64,000 nucleotides of DNA, from contig JAWLHR010000008.1 in assembly GCA_041690295.1 (NCBI GenBank), positions 58,215 to 122,214 of the forward strand, read 5' to 3'. The notes beneath the pieces are model-generated. The model made no database searches. It saw only the letters and a list, made by a program, of their open reading frames with translations, and was not told the origin of the DNA. The stretch comes from Bdellovibrionales bacterium (GTDB lineage: Bacteria; Bdellovibrionota; Bdellovibrionia; Bdellovibrionales; UBA1609). Numbering within the stretch: position 1 is the first letter of the stretch; each line of letters starts with the position of its first letter. The translations under genes were made by a program, and so were the position numbers. Below are positions 27,939 to 37,824 of the stretch, one piece after another.

Positions 27939-28133
27939 ATGTTCAAGAAAATCCTAGAATTTCTTTTTGGTAAATCACCCGACATTTTCGATGCGCAAGG
28001 AAACGTGGTTCATAAACTTCCACCGGAGCGGTGGCAGGCCTGGCGCGATCGTTTCGAGAAAAATCCCGCTTACGACTGGCGCGAGCATCAGGGCACCAAA
28101 CGCGAAATCGGCCGCCCGCTAATGAAGCGTTAA
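27939..28133 (+). CDS. Small hypothetical protein
   Basis: MFKKILEFLFG...; plausible composition; converges on cca. Confidence 0.6.
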   Translation: MFKKILEFLFGKSPDIFDAQGNVVHKLPPERWQAWRDRFEKNPAYDWREHQGTKREIGRPLMKR

Positions 28134-29359
28134 TCGCGCGCGTCGATCAGTTGACTGAGCATGCCTAAGGCTTCTTCCTTGGTTTTTAATTTTCCTTCAA
28201 GTTGATTGGCGTAAAGCTTTTTTAATATTTCACCCATTTGCGGAGACGGCGGCACACCCGCGGCCTTTAAGTCCTCACCGCTCACCAGCGGTGGCGGCAG
28301 TTCTCCGTTAGGTCCGGCCACACTCAGATATTCCTCGATCCAGCTCTCAAGTTTATGCCGCTCGTTTTTCAGCGACAGAATCCCCGAGGCGAGAACCAAG
28401 GTTTCCGCGTACTCAGGGCCGCCGAGCGCTTGAATCCTTTCGGCTTTGGAACTTCGCTCGTTCACCAGAGTTTCCGCCGCGGTCATTTGCGATTTCACTT
28501 TGCGGATGGATTCGCGCGAAGCTTTCCATTGCTTGAGTCGCGGCTCGGGATCGGCGCGAACAAGGAGCATGATCGCGGCGAAGGCATTCTCCCAAGTGAG
28601 AAAAGAAAGAAAACTCGGCAGTTTTTCATCTTCCAGGTACGCCACCTCAGGCCACCAATAGGAATGAAGCCGCGTTTCCACCAGAATTTTTAAAGCCTCT
28701 CGGAGATGCGGCCCCATGAGCAGTTTTTGCATCTCATTCAGCACTCGCTCGGCGGACACATCTTTCACCAGTTCATGGAGATCGCGAATCGCCTGCAGCG
28801 TCGCGGATTCGATTTGGAATCCAAGCTGCGACACAAAACGAACGGCGCGCAGGAGCCGGAGATGATCTTCTTCAAATCGTTCCTGTGGAACACCGACGGT
28901 GCGAAGAATCTTCGCTTCTAAATCCGAGAGCCCGCCCACGTAATCGTAAAGGAGGGTTTCAAGTGGATCGTAATAGAGCGCATTGACCGTGAAATCGCGG
29001 CGTTGAGCGTCTTCAGCCATCGTGGCGAATTCCACGTGGGAAGGCCTTCGGCCATCCAGATAAGGCCCTTCGCGACGGAACGTGGTGACTTCAAAGTTGT
29101 ATCCGTTTTCCACCACGATGATCGTGCCAAACGCTTTGCCCACGGCCAAAGTGGCGCGAAAAATGCCTTCCACCGCTTCCGGCGGCGCCGAGGTGGCCAC
29201 ATCCAGGTCCTTGGGGTTCACACCCAAAAGAGCGTCCCTGACCGATCCGCCGGCGAGAACCGCTTGATACCCGGCTTGATTGAGGGCGATCAGAATGCGT
29301 TCGACCGTCGCAAATGAGGGATGTTTATGAATGAGGTCGAGTCTTTGACGGCGCTCCAT
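28130..29359 (-). CDS. cca: Class II CCA tRNA nucleotidyltransferase
   Basis: GGSVRD, DLDVAT, EVTTFR, RRDFTVNA, EDHLRLLRAVRF. Confidence 0.9.
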   Translation of the reverse strand: MERRQRLDLIHKHPSFATVERILIALNQAGYQAVLAGGSVRDALLGVNPKDLDVATSAPPEAVEGIFRATLAVGKAFGTIIVVENGYNFEVTTFRREGPYLDGRRPSHVEFATMAEDAQRRDFTVNALYYDPLETLLYDYVGGLSDLEAKILRTVGVPQERFEEDHLRLLRAVRFVSQLGFQIESATLQAIRDLHELVKDVSAERVLNEMQKLLMGPHLREALKILVETRLHSYWWPEVAYLEDEKLPSFLSFLTWENAFAAIMLLVRADPEPRLKQWKASRESIRKVKSQMTAAETLVNERSSKAERIQALGGPEYAETLVLASGILSLKNERHKLESWIEEYLSVAGPNGELPPPLVSGEDLKAAGVPPSPQMGEILKKLYANQLEGKLKTKEEALGMLSQLIDARD

Positions 29360-29381
29360 GCTTGGATTATGCCTTGAGCCC

Positions 29382-30425
29382 ATGAGTTTTGTCTCTCAAC
29401 TCGAGCTCCTGATGCGGCGTTTTGGCCTGAATCACTTTGGTGTCACGCCGTTGGCCAAACCCCTGTCGATGTCACTGTATCGGGAGTGGCTGGAATCTGG
29501 ACATCAGGCCAGCATGAAATACCTGAGCGATCATGCGGATCTGAAAGAAAATCCTCAAGAATTCGCGCCGCGCGCCCGCACCGCCATCGTGGTGGCGCGA
29601 AGTTATTTCCCTCACCCCTATGCGGTGGACGAGCGCTCGACGCCGCGGCTTCGAACCGCGCTTTACGCTCGCGGTGAAGATTATCATTTCCATTTTCGTG
29701 ATGAACTCGAAACCGTGGCTCGCGAGTTGCGCGCGCGTTATCCGGAACATGAATTCTTATGTTTCACGGACTCCGCTCCGATTCTTGAGCGCGATCTAGC
29801 TTACCGCGCGGGTCTCGGTTGGTTCGGAAAGAACACCTGCTTGATTCATCCGCGTGAGGGAAGTTTGTTTTTCCTCGGGCAAATTTTAACTTCGCTCCCG
29901 GTTGATGCCGAGCCGGCGTCACCTGTTCCTGATTTTTGCGGCAAATGCGACCGCTGCTTGCGCGCCTGTCCGACCGGGGCTTTGGAAGAACCCCGCGTTT
30001 TGAACGCCAACAAATGCATTTCTTTTTGGACCATTGAAGCCCGCGAAGACGCTCCTCCCGAACTTCGCGTGCGATTGGGTGACTGGTTTTTCGGTTGCGA
30101 TATTTGCCAGACCGTTTGTCCGTGGAATGAAAAGGTTTTCGGCCGGGCCAAGGTCGCCGCTTTGAATGAACCGGCCGCCGTCACCGACGAAACCATCGCC
30201 GACTTGCGCTGGATTCTCACTTCATCCAACAAGGAACTCGCGCGCATCTTCGCCCGATCCCCGCTTTCACGGGCCCGCCCGATCGGGCTGAAACGCAATG
30301 CTTTGGTGGTGATCGCCAATCGCGGCCTATCCCAGCTTCGCCCCGAGGTGAGCGAACTCGTCGACCATCCCCGCCTTGGTGACCTCGCCCGCTGGACACT
30401 GGCGCGGTTGGGTGGGAATTTGTAA
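29382..30425 (+). CDS. queG: Epoxyqueuosine reductase QueG
   Basis: YARGEDYH, TDSAP, GWFGKN, CxxCxxCxxxCP, FGCDICQTVCPWN. Confidence 0.95.
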   Translation: MSFVSQLELLMRRFGLNHFGVTPLAKPLSMSLYREWLESGHQASMKYLSDHADLKENPQEFAPRARTAIVVARSYFPHPYAVDERSTPRLRTALYARGEDYHFHFRDELETVARELRARYPEHEFLCFTDSAPILERDLAYRAGLGWFGKNTCLIHPREGSLFFLGQILTSLPVDAEPASPVPDFCGKCDRCLRACPTGALEEPRVLNANKCISFWTIEAREDAPPELRVRLGDWFFGCDICQTVCPWNEKVFGRAKVAALNEPAAVTDETIADLRWILTSSNKELARIFARSPLSRARPIGLKRNALVVIANRGLSQLRPEVSELVDHPRLGDLARWTLARLGGNL

Positions 30426-30484
30426 CTCCTGATTAACGCAACATTCCCTGACCGGCGCGGGAACAAGCGAATATAGTCACGTCA

Positions 30485-31117
30485 ATGATCGCGAAAATAC
30501 TTTCTCTCAATGTGGCGCATCCGCGGACAATGGAATTCGAGGGCAAAACCATTCAGTCCTCGATGAAGAAAGACCCTGTCACCGGTCCGCTGATTGTTTC
30601 CGAAACCAACATTGAAGGTGACTCCTTCGCCCATCCGAACGTGCACGGCACGCCGGACAGCGTGCTCTACGCCTTCGGACTTAAACAGGCTCTCAACGTC
30701 ATGCACCGACTCGGCCGCGATGAGTATCCGCCGGGCGCACTGGGCGAAAACCTGACCCTTGATGATTTTGACGAAAGTCAGATCAGCGTGGGCGACACGT
30801 TCGCCATCGGTGAAGTTCTCGTGCAAGCCACGTTTCCGCGAATTCCCTGCAAGAAAGTGGACGTACGAATGCAACACCCGCGTGGGAAAGTTGAACTTGA
30901 ATCGAGCGGTCACACCGGCGTGTATTTTAGAATCCTCAAGCCGGGAAAAATCCACTCCACGGATGTCGTGAAACGCGTGGAAGAGATGGCGCCCGAGCGA
31001 AGATTTCCAATCCAGGATGTTTTGAGAATGGTGGTTTCGGGCGAAGCGTTCGATATCGATCGTGTGCTGGCCAACGGCGCGTTCCCCCAGCGCTTCCTCG
31101 CTAAACTGCAAAGCTGA
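30485..31117 (+). CDS. MOSC domain protein (YiiM-like)
   Basis: HG, GENL, PRIPCKK, TGVYFRILKPG. Confidence 0.88.
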   Translation: MIAKILSLNVAHPRTMEFEGKTIQSSMKKDPVTGPLIVSETNIEGDSFAHPNVHGTPDSVLYAFGLKQALNVMHRLGRDEYPPGALGENLTLDDFDESQISVGDTFAIGEVLVQATFPRIPCKKVDVRMQHPRGKVELESSGHTGVYFRILKPGKIHSTDVVKRVEEMAPERRFPIQDVLRMVVSGEAFDIDRVLANGAFPQRFLAKLQS

Positions 31118-31275
31118 TTGGTACACCGGTCCTTTTACATTGGGTGTGATGGCGCCGAAATGGAAGAGATTGGCCGCCCGGACACCGAGACTTCCGAATC
31201 GGACACCACCTCGTCAGACTGTGTGCAAATGCGATACAGGGTCACTGTGCCCGGGCGCAGTTCGAAGAACCACCG

Positions 31276-31755
31276 CTAAACTTCCGCGCCCGCGTCCGCG
31301 TTCAGCGGCACACCAAAATGTTCCTGGGTGCGCACTAAACGGCGACGCAATAATCGTGTCATGTCACCCTTAATCAAAAGATCATCGGCCAGGTAGCCGA
31401 AGATCCCCAAGGGCAACTGATAGTCCACCAGATCCGTCACGATGGTCACATTCTCACTGTGATCTTCGAACTTCATGGTGTGAACCCAAGAACGAAACAC
31501 GCCTTCGGTTTGGCGGTAGGTCAGCCGGCTTCCCGGCAACACGTCTTCGATACGGAAGCGAATACTTTGCGAAAGACCAAACCGGGTCATGTTGAAATGC
31601 ACCTCGTTCCCACGCTTCAAATCCCCGTCCGGCGTGACCACTTCCACTTCGATGGTGGGCGCCAGCAATTCGGGCTGATTTGATGGTTTGGTCAGGTAAT
31701 CAAAAACTTCGTTGCGGGGAGCATGGATAAGCTCGGAAATTTGGATATGCGCCAT
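31276..31755 (-). CDS. SRPBCC family protein
   Basis: IHAPRNEVFD, GVFRSWVHT, TDLVDYQLP. Confidence 0.8.
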   Translation of the reverse strand: MAHIQISELIHAPRNEVFDYLTKPSNQPELLAPTIEVEVVTPDGDLKRGNEVHFNMTRFGLSQSIRFRIEDVLPGSRLTYRQTEGVFRSWVHTMKFEDHSENVTIVTDLVDYQLPLGIFGYLADDLLIKGDMTRLLRRRLVRTQEHFGVPLNADAGAEV

Positions 31756-31792
31756 AGACAGCCATTTTGACATAGGATAATGGTCAATCCAA

Positions 31793-32725
31793 ATGAATCC
31801 GTCGTTTTCGCCCGCGAATCAAAAGCTCTTCTTTACGCGCCAGGACCCAGCCGATCCCCGCCTGGGAGAGATGGTGAAAACCGCCCCAGTCGATGCGCCC
31901 GGCGTGGCCATCGTGGGTTATCCGGACGACGAGGGCGTGGCGCTCAATGGCGGGCGAACAGGCGCCAAACTCGGCCCTGATGCCATTCGCGAGTGGCTCT
32001 ACCGGATGACGCCGCATCCGCGTTTAGAAACCCGTGCGTTATTTGATTTAGGCAATCTCAAAACCGAAGCGCCGATCGGGGACCGCCACAACCTGGCGGC
32101 CGATGCGGTCAAAGAACTCTTAGGACGTGGCCACAAGGTGCTCGCCCTCGGCGGAGGAAACGATTACGCCTTCGCTGACGGATGGGGGTTTTTGCAATCC
32201 CTCAAAAGTGACACTCGTCCCGTGATCGTCAACATCGATGCCCACCTGGACGTTCGGGATCTCAGCCGCGGTCTCACCAGCGGCACGCCGTTTTATCGCT
32301 TGCTTGAATCTGAACACGAATTTCACTTTATCGAAATCGGCATGCAAAGCGTTTGCAATGCCAAATCCCATTGGGATTACGTTGAGAAAAAGGGCGGCAA
32401 AATCATTTCGATGGATGAAATTCTCGAATGCGGCGCGGGCTTTCACGACTATGTCACCCGCGAACTGGGCGATCTCTTGCGCCGGAAAATTCCCGCCTAC
32501 ATCGCCATCGACATCGATGCGTTCGCTTATCCGTTCGCCAAAGGCTCCAGCGCGCCGTGGCCCCTGGGCATTGATCCCCACCAGTTCTACACCACATTAA
32601 AATTACTCCTTAATCGCTGGGATGTGCGCGTGTTGGGGATTTACGAAGTGTCACCTGAACTTGAAAACGGCACCGGCACCGCTAAACTCGCGGCGCAATG
32701 GGCGCATATGTTTTTACATGTTTGA
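31793..32725 (+). CDS. hutG: Formimidoylglutamase (arginase family)
   Basis: DEGV..NGGRTGA..GP, GGGND, DAHLDVR, SGTPF, DID, EVSP. Confidence 0.85.
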   Translation: MNPSFSPANQKLFFTRQDPADPRLGEMVKTAPVDAPGVAIVGYPDDEGVALNGGRTGAKLGPDAIREWLYRMTPHPRLETRALFDLGNLKTEAPIGDRHNLAADAVKELLGRGHKVLALGGGNDYAFADGWGFLQSLKSDTRPVIVNIDAHLDVRDLSRGLTSGTPFYRLLESEHEFHFIEIGMQSVCNAKSHWDYVEKKGGKIISMDEILECGAGFHDYVTRELGDLLRRKIPAYIAIDIDAFAYPFAKGSSAPWPLGIDPHQFYTTLKLLLNRWDVRVLGIYEVSPELENGTGTAKLAAQWAHMFLHV

Positions 32726-33770
32726 GAATCTGGATTTTAAACTCAGTCTGGGCAGCGATAACCATTCCGGCGTTCATCCTGAAATTCTCAAAGCCATGAT
32801 CGAATGCAACCGTGGCCATGCTCACGCCTACGGTCTTGATGAAGTTTCACAAATCACCGCTGAAGAATTTAAACGCGTCTTCGGTCCGACGGTTCAACCG
32901 GAATATGTTTTCACCGGCACGGCCGCCAACGTCCTCTCGCTCGCTCCGCTTTTAAACAGTTATCACGCGGTGTTTTGTTCGGAACAGGCTCACCTGCACC
33001 TGGATGAGTGCGGAGCCCCCGAAAAGTTTTGGGGTGGAAAACTCTTTCTCCTCCCTTCCTCCGACGGAAAAATCCACCCGGAGCAATGTGAAGAGCACCT
33101 CACACGTTTGGGTGATCAACATTTCGCCCAACCCAAGGCGGTCTCGCTCACCCAACCCACGGAACTTGGCGTTTGTTACACGCTCGAAGAACTGGCCAGG
33201 TGGAAGACGTTTTGTCGCGAAAGAAATCTTATGTTGCATCTTGATGGCGCCCGACTCGTCAATGCGGCCGCTCACCTGGGATGCGAACTCCGCGAGCTGA
33301 CCGACGGGGCTGATGTGGTTTCTTTCGGCGGCACGAAAAACGGCCTTATGGGAGCGGAGGCGGTTTTACTTTTCAGCGATCAAGCCAAAGCGGATTTCAA
33401 ATTTTACCGCAAGCAGGCGATGCAACTCTCAAGCAAAACACGATTCATTGCGGCTCAGTTTTATGCGTTTTTACACAATGATATGTGGCGAAATATCGCC
33501 ATGCATACAACCGGACTCGCCAAGCAGCTGAGCGAGAGTTTAAGCGCTTTCCCGGAAATTCGCGTGGCCTATCCGGTGCAGAGCAACGCGGTTTTCGTGG
33601 AGCTTCCACGGACCTGGGTTAAACCGCTCAGGGAGCGCTATTTTTTTTATATCTGGGACGCTAAAAAATCACTTGCGCGATGGATGATCAGTTGGGATTG
33701 GTCTGAGGAACTCAATCGAAAACTTCAGGCCGATATCGGGGAGGTCAGGACATGTTTTCCGATAGAATGA
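32718..33770 (+). CDS. Low-specificity L-threonine aldolase (PLP)
   Basis: SDNH, TGTAAN, DECGAPE, TELG, HLDGAR, GGTKNG. Confidence 0.9.
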   Translation: MFENLDFKLSLGSDNHSGVHPEILKAMIECNRGHAHAYGLDEVSQITAEEFKRVFGPTVQPEYVFTGTAANVLSLAPLLNSYHAVFCSEQAHLHLDECGAPEKFWGGKLFLLPSSDGKIHPEQCEEHLTRLGDQHFAQPKAVSLTQPTELGVCYTLEELARWKTFCRERNLMLHLDGARLVNAAAHLGCELRELTDGADVVSFGGTKNGLMGAEAVLLFSDQAKADFKFYRKQAMQLSSKTRFIAAQFYAFLHNDMWRNIAMHTTGLAKQLSESLSAFPEIRVAYPVQSNAVFVELPRTWVKPLRERYFFYIWDAKKSLARWMISWDWSEELNRKLQADIGEVRTCFPIE

Positions 33771-34846
33771 ACTATCACGATTACCTGCAAATCGATCGTC
33801 TGTTGAGTTGCCAGAAACTCGAAAGTGAAGCGCAAGGATCGAGAGCCCACGACGAAATGCTCTTCATCATCATTCATCAGGTTTATGAGTTGTGGTTCAA
33901 GCAGATCCTGACCGAAGTCGAATCCGTTCTCGAAATCTTCGGCCGGGATCATATCGACGAAAAGTTGATGGATTTGGTGGTCAGCCGTCTTCAACGGGTG
34001 GTTGAAATACAAAAACTTTTGGTCGATCAGGTGCGAATCATTGAAACAATGACCCCGCTCGATTTTCTTGAATTCCGCGACATGCTGATCCCCGCCTCCG
34101 GATTTCAAAGCTTTCAATTCCGCGTTCTTGAAAACCGCCTTGGTCTGAAGCGCGAACAGCGACTGCGCTACAATCAGGCGGAGTATGATCTTTCGCTGAA
34201 ACCGGAACAACGGCAAACCATGCGGGATATCGAAAACAAGCCCAGCCTTTTTGACCGTGTGGAAAAATGGCTTGAACGCACGCCGTTCTTGAAAATGCGG
34301 GGCTTTGATTTTTGGCAAGCCTATAAAAAGACGGTTGAAGATGGTTTGATTCGCGATCTTGAAATCATCCAGAAAAATCCCAATCTCGGCCCCGAGGATC
34401 GCGAGCGCAACAAGAAGATCCTTGAAGGCTCGCTGGCCGGTTTTCGCGCGTTGTTTGATGAGAAGGCCTATGCCGAAGCCCGTGCCCAAGGCACTTGGCG
34501 ACTGTCTTATAGGGCCATTCACGCGGCTCTCTTGATCCAGGTTTACCGGGACCAGCCGGCGCTGCAGCTCCCCTTCCGTCTCCTCACCGCTTTGCAAGAC
34601 ATGGACGAATGGTTCACGACCTGGCGTTATCGCCACGCCCTGATGACCAAGCGGATGCTGGGCTCGAAGGTTGGAACCGGCGGCTCAAGCGGTTTTGAAT
34701 ATCTCAAGAACGCCACTGACAAACACAAGGTCTTTCAAGATTTGTTTCAATTGACCACGTTCTTTGTCCCGCGCTCCAAGCTTCCCCATTTACCCGTGGA
34801 AGTGGAGCGCGAACTCGGGTTCTTTTACTCGAATTCCGGCAATTGA
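33752..34846 (+). CDS. kynA: Tryptophan 2,3-dioxygenase
   Basis: HDEMLFIIIHQVYELWFK, PASGFQS, WRYRH, GTGGSSG. Confidence 0.95.
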   Translation: MFSDRMNYHDYLQIDRLLSCQKLESEAQGSRAHDEMLFIIIHQVYELWFKQILTEVESVLEIFGRDHIDEKLMDLVVSRLQRVVEIQKLLVDQVRIIETMTPLDFLEFRDMLIPASGFQSFQFRVLENRLGLKREQRLRYNQAEYDLSLKPEQRQTMRDIENKPSLFDRVEKWLERTPFLKMRGFDFWQAYKKTVEDGLIRDLEIIQKNPNLGPEDRERNKKILEGSLAGFRALFDEKAYAEARAQGTWRLSYRAIHAALLIQVYRDQPALQLPFRLLTALQDMDEWFTTWRYRHALMTKRMLGSKVGTGGSSGFEYLKNATDKHKVFQDLFQLTTFFVPRSKLPHLPVEVERELGFFYSNSGN

Positions 34847-35472
34847 ACGTGTGAAACCAGAATCGCGCGCACGGGCGAAGCATCACCGTTTTCAATCGGC
34901 AAAGGCAGCGCGATCAGCGTGTACTCACCTTCCGGAACCTCTTTGAGGACAAGACCTTCAAGGACGGCGAAGTTCCTGGCAAATAATCTTTGATGGGCTT
35001 CAAGTTTTTTGGAGTCTTCCGGATCCACCGAAGGCGTGTCGATCCCCACCAGGCGAACACCTTGATCCGCCAGATAGTCCAAAGCTTCGGGCGAGAGGGA
35101 ATTAAAATCCGAATTCCATACCTCGGGATTGGGGAACGATTGGGTATCGATCAGTACCCGTGGGGCGCGGATGGCGGGGAGATGTCTGGCCTGCACCCGT
35201 TCCTTGGCTTTTAACCCTCGAATCCGAATGACTTGCGCCCGCCCCAGGTAAAGGCTGAGCGGTCGCTTTTCGATGCTCACCCCATCGGGATGATAGTGAC
35301 TTGGAGCGTCGGCATGCGCTCCAAGGTGAACCGTGGTCAGTATGCTCGAGAGCTCCAGGTGATCGCCCGTTTTGAAACTCATTGCGGTCTTGCGGGTGAA
35401 GGGCTGATCGCCGGGAAAAACTCCCAATCGGCCGGAAATCAATGGGGTGATATCAAAAATCCGAGGTTTCAT
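34825..35472 (-). CDS. kynB: Kynurenine formamidase (cyclase family)
   Basis: HLGAHADAP, GIDTPSVD, DASPVRA; adjacent to kynA. Confidence 0.88.
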   Translation of the reverse strand: MKPRIFDITPLISGRLGVFPGDQPFTRKTAMSFKTGDHLELSSILTTVHLGAHADAPSHYHPDGVSIEKRPLSLYLGRAQVIRIRGLKAKERVQARHLPAIRAPRVLIDTQSFPNPEVWNSDFNSLSPEALDYLADQGVRLVGIDTPSVDPEDSKKLEAHQRLFARNFAVLEGLVLKEVPEGEYTLIALPLPIENGDASPVRAILVSHVQLPEFE

Positions 35473-35502
35473 TTTATCAAAGCCTATCTTAAACTCCTGA
35501 CG

Positions 35503-36741
35503 ATGTCCTTACAAAGAGTTCGCGGCACGCAAGATCTGCTGCCTGAAGTTCAGGCGAAATACAACCTCGTTGTGGATAAAGCCCGCGGCATCGCCTTGCG
35601 CTTCGGCTTTCAGGAAATGTCCACGCCCATCTTTGAGTTTTCCGATGTGTTCAAGCGCACCTTGGGCGAGGCCACGGACATCGTGAACAAGGAGATGTAC
35701 ACGTTTCAGGATCGAAACGGCGAAGAGATCACTCTGCGTCCCGAAGGCACCGCGAGCATCGCGCGGGCGTTCATCTCTGAAGGGTTAAGCCAACTTGTGC
35801 CTTTAAAACTTTTCTACCAGGGACCGATGTTTCGCTATGAGCGCCCGCAAAAAGGACGTTATCGCCAGTTTCACCAATTCGGCGTCGAGCTGCTCGGCCC
35901 CGCCTCGCCCATGGCGGATGTGGAAGTCATCAGCCTTGGTCACATGATTCTTTCGGAATTGAAAATTCGTGAGCGCTGCGAACTGAACCTGAACTCCATC
36001 GGCGATCAGGAAAGTCGAAAGCGCTACGTGAACGCGCTGGTGGATTACCTCAGTTCGCGAAAAAAGGATTTATCCGCCGACGGCCAGAAACGATTGGAGA
36101 CGAACCCCCTACGGATCCTGGACTCCAAAGACGAGGGCGATCGAAAGATCATCCAGGACGCCCCCCGTATTCAAGAGTATTACAATGAGGAGTCCAAGGC
36201 GTTCTTCGACAAAGTCACGTCGGCGCTGACCGAGTTCGGAATTTCATTCACCGTGAATCCGCTTCTTGTCCGCGGTCTCGACTATTACAATCACTGTGTG
36301 TTTGAATTCCGCTCGACGGATTTAGGCGCTCAGGACGCGGTGCTGTCGGGCGGCCGCTACGATGACCTCATCAAGCAAATGGGTGGTCCCCACACGCCAG
36401 GTGTTGGTTGGGCGGCGGGGATTGAGCGCATCCTTTTGCTCACGCCACTGGAACCGCAGCTGCCAAGACCTGTGGCCGTGATCCCCGTACACGAAAGCAC
36501 GGAAACCCCGGCATTCAAACTGGCCTACGATCTGCGAACGCAAGGTTTAGCCTGCGAAGTGCATTTTTCCGGCAATCTCTCAAAGAGGATGAAAAAGGCC
36601 GTCTCGCAAAAATGTATCGCCGCCATTTTACTTGGACCGGATGAACTCGCTCGCAATGAGGCCACCCTCAAGTGGCTGGATAGCGGCCAGCAGGAAGTCG
36701 TGCCGCTCAACCAGCTGCCGTCCCGCCTGCAAAATCTTTAA
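35503..36741 (+). CDS. hisS: Histidine-tRNA ligase
   Basis: RGTQD, LRPEGTA, FRYERPQKGRYRQF, LVRGLDYY, GGRYD. Confidence 0.97.
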   Translation: MSLQRVRGTQDLLPEVQAKYNLVVDKARGIALRFGFQEMSTPIFEFSDVFKRTLGEATDIVNKEMYTFQDRNGEEITLRPEGTASIARAFISEGLSQLVPLKLFYQGPMFRYERPQKGRYRQFHQFGVELLGPASPMADVEVISLGHMILSELKIRERCELNLNSIGDQESRKRYVNALVDYLSSRKKDLSADGQKRLETNPLRILDSKDEGDRKIIQDAPRIQEYYNEESKAFFDKVTSALTEFGISFTVNPLLVRGLDYYNHCVFEFRSTDLGAQDAVLSGGRYDDLIKQMGGPHTPGVGWAAGIERILLLTPLEPQLPRPVAVIPVHESTETPAFKLAYDLRTQGLACEVHFSGNLSKRMKKAVSQKCIAAILLGPDELARNEATLKWLDSGQQEVVPLNQLPSRLQNL

Positions 36742-37682
36742 GGATTCCAGTGTCCGTTTTTTCGTTTAAGGCAGGGAAGTGACGGCGAGTTCTCGTGTTG
36801 CTCGTAGGCCCAAGCCACGAGCTGTGCGTCCTTGCCGTTGTTGAGCAGGTCGCCGATTGTCACCGGGCCCCGGTCAAAGGACAGCTTCCAGCCATTGAAC
36901 ATCAAGCAGTTTTCCTTAACCGAGCCATTGGTGTCGCGCAAAGTGCCGAGCAGTAAATTCTGATCCATTTTATAATCGCCCAGCGACAACCAGCCTTTGG
37001 CAAAGGCGTTCATCATGAAGGTTTGAAGGCTCGCTCCGGGCTTCACAAAACCGCACATGAACTGGTCGATCGACTCCTTGTCGTAACTTGATTTCGCCGC
37101 CTCTTGCACCATCACCCGCGAGGATTGGCGCTCATCCATTTCCCGTTCGGCGAGCTTGGCCTTGCAGTCCTCGATCTGAGCCTCGAATTCATCGGCGCGT
37201 TTTTGGAGAATCATTTTGTAACCGTTGAAGCGCGCGAAACGGTCGCGCAAATACTCCTCGGTGACACCCACCAGGTTCTTCTTTTCATCCAAGCCGATCT
37301 TGAATTCTTCTTCCTTGTCGGTCACCCGGTCCAAGGGTTCCGTCCACACCAGAGTTCCGCTGCCGCCATATTGGCGCGAAGCCAGGCGGCGCTTACAGGA
37401 TTTCAACTCGCCGTAAAGCCCCAGCGACTTTAATTTGCGAGTGCCGTAAACCTTATCCTCAAGGGAATAAACGGTGTTCTGCAGATCCCGCAGTTTCTCC
37501 GACATTTCTTCCTTGCTCTGAACGACCATCTCCCCATTTTTCAGACCCACCTTCTGGGCTCCACTCACCGTGTTGGCTTGTTCGAGTTTGGTATCGATGT
37601 CCTGAGCCTTATGCGGATTGGATTTGCAGCCGACCAAGATGGCTGCGGATAGGATGGCAACTAATGCGTAAAATTTAGGCAT
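36738..37682 (-). CDS. Hypothetical lipoprotein with coiled-coil segments
   Basis: LVGC lipobox; 314 aa. Confidence 0.75.
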   Translation of the reverse strand: MPKFYALVAILSAAILVGCKSNPHKAQDIDTKLEQANTVSGAQKVGLKNGEMVVQSKEEMSEKLRDLQNTVYSLEDKVYGTRKLKSLGLYGELKSCKRRLASRQYGGSGTLVWTEPLDRVTDKEEEFKIGLDEKKNLVGVTEEYLRDRFARFNGYKMILQKRADEFEAQIEDCKAKLAEREMDERQSSRVMVQEAAKSSYDKESIDQFMCGFVKPGASLQTFMMNAFAKGWLSLGDYKMDQNLLLGTLRDTNGSVKENCLMFNGWKLSFDRGPVTIGDLLNNGKDAQLVAWAYEQHENSPSLPCLKRKNGHWNP

Positions 37683-37768
37683 AACCCCGCCCCCTCAATA
37701 AAGTGATTCCATGATCCGAAGCACGCACCGCACCGGTCAACTCAAGACGCAAGCGAGAATTTAAAAAT

Positions 37769-37799
37769 AAAAAAAGCCCCCGGGGATTCCCGAGGGCTT
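37769..37799 (-). terminator. Rho-independent terminator
   Basis: AAGCCCTCGGG-AATC-CCCGGGGGCTT plus T-run. Confidence 0.85.
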
Positions 37800-37824
37800 A
37801 TCAAATCAAGTTTCAAAATTCAGA

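Noticed and set aside
33725..34636. 303-aa - strand ORF
   Set aside because: Antisense shadow of kynA; no motifs
35233..35502. 90-aa N-terminal extension on HisS
   Set aside because: Overlaps kynB on the other strand; HisS homology begins at MSLQRVRGT (35503)
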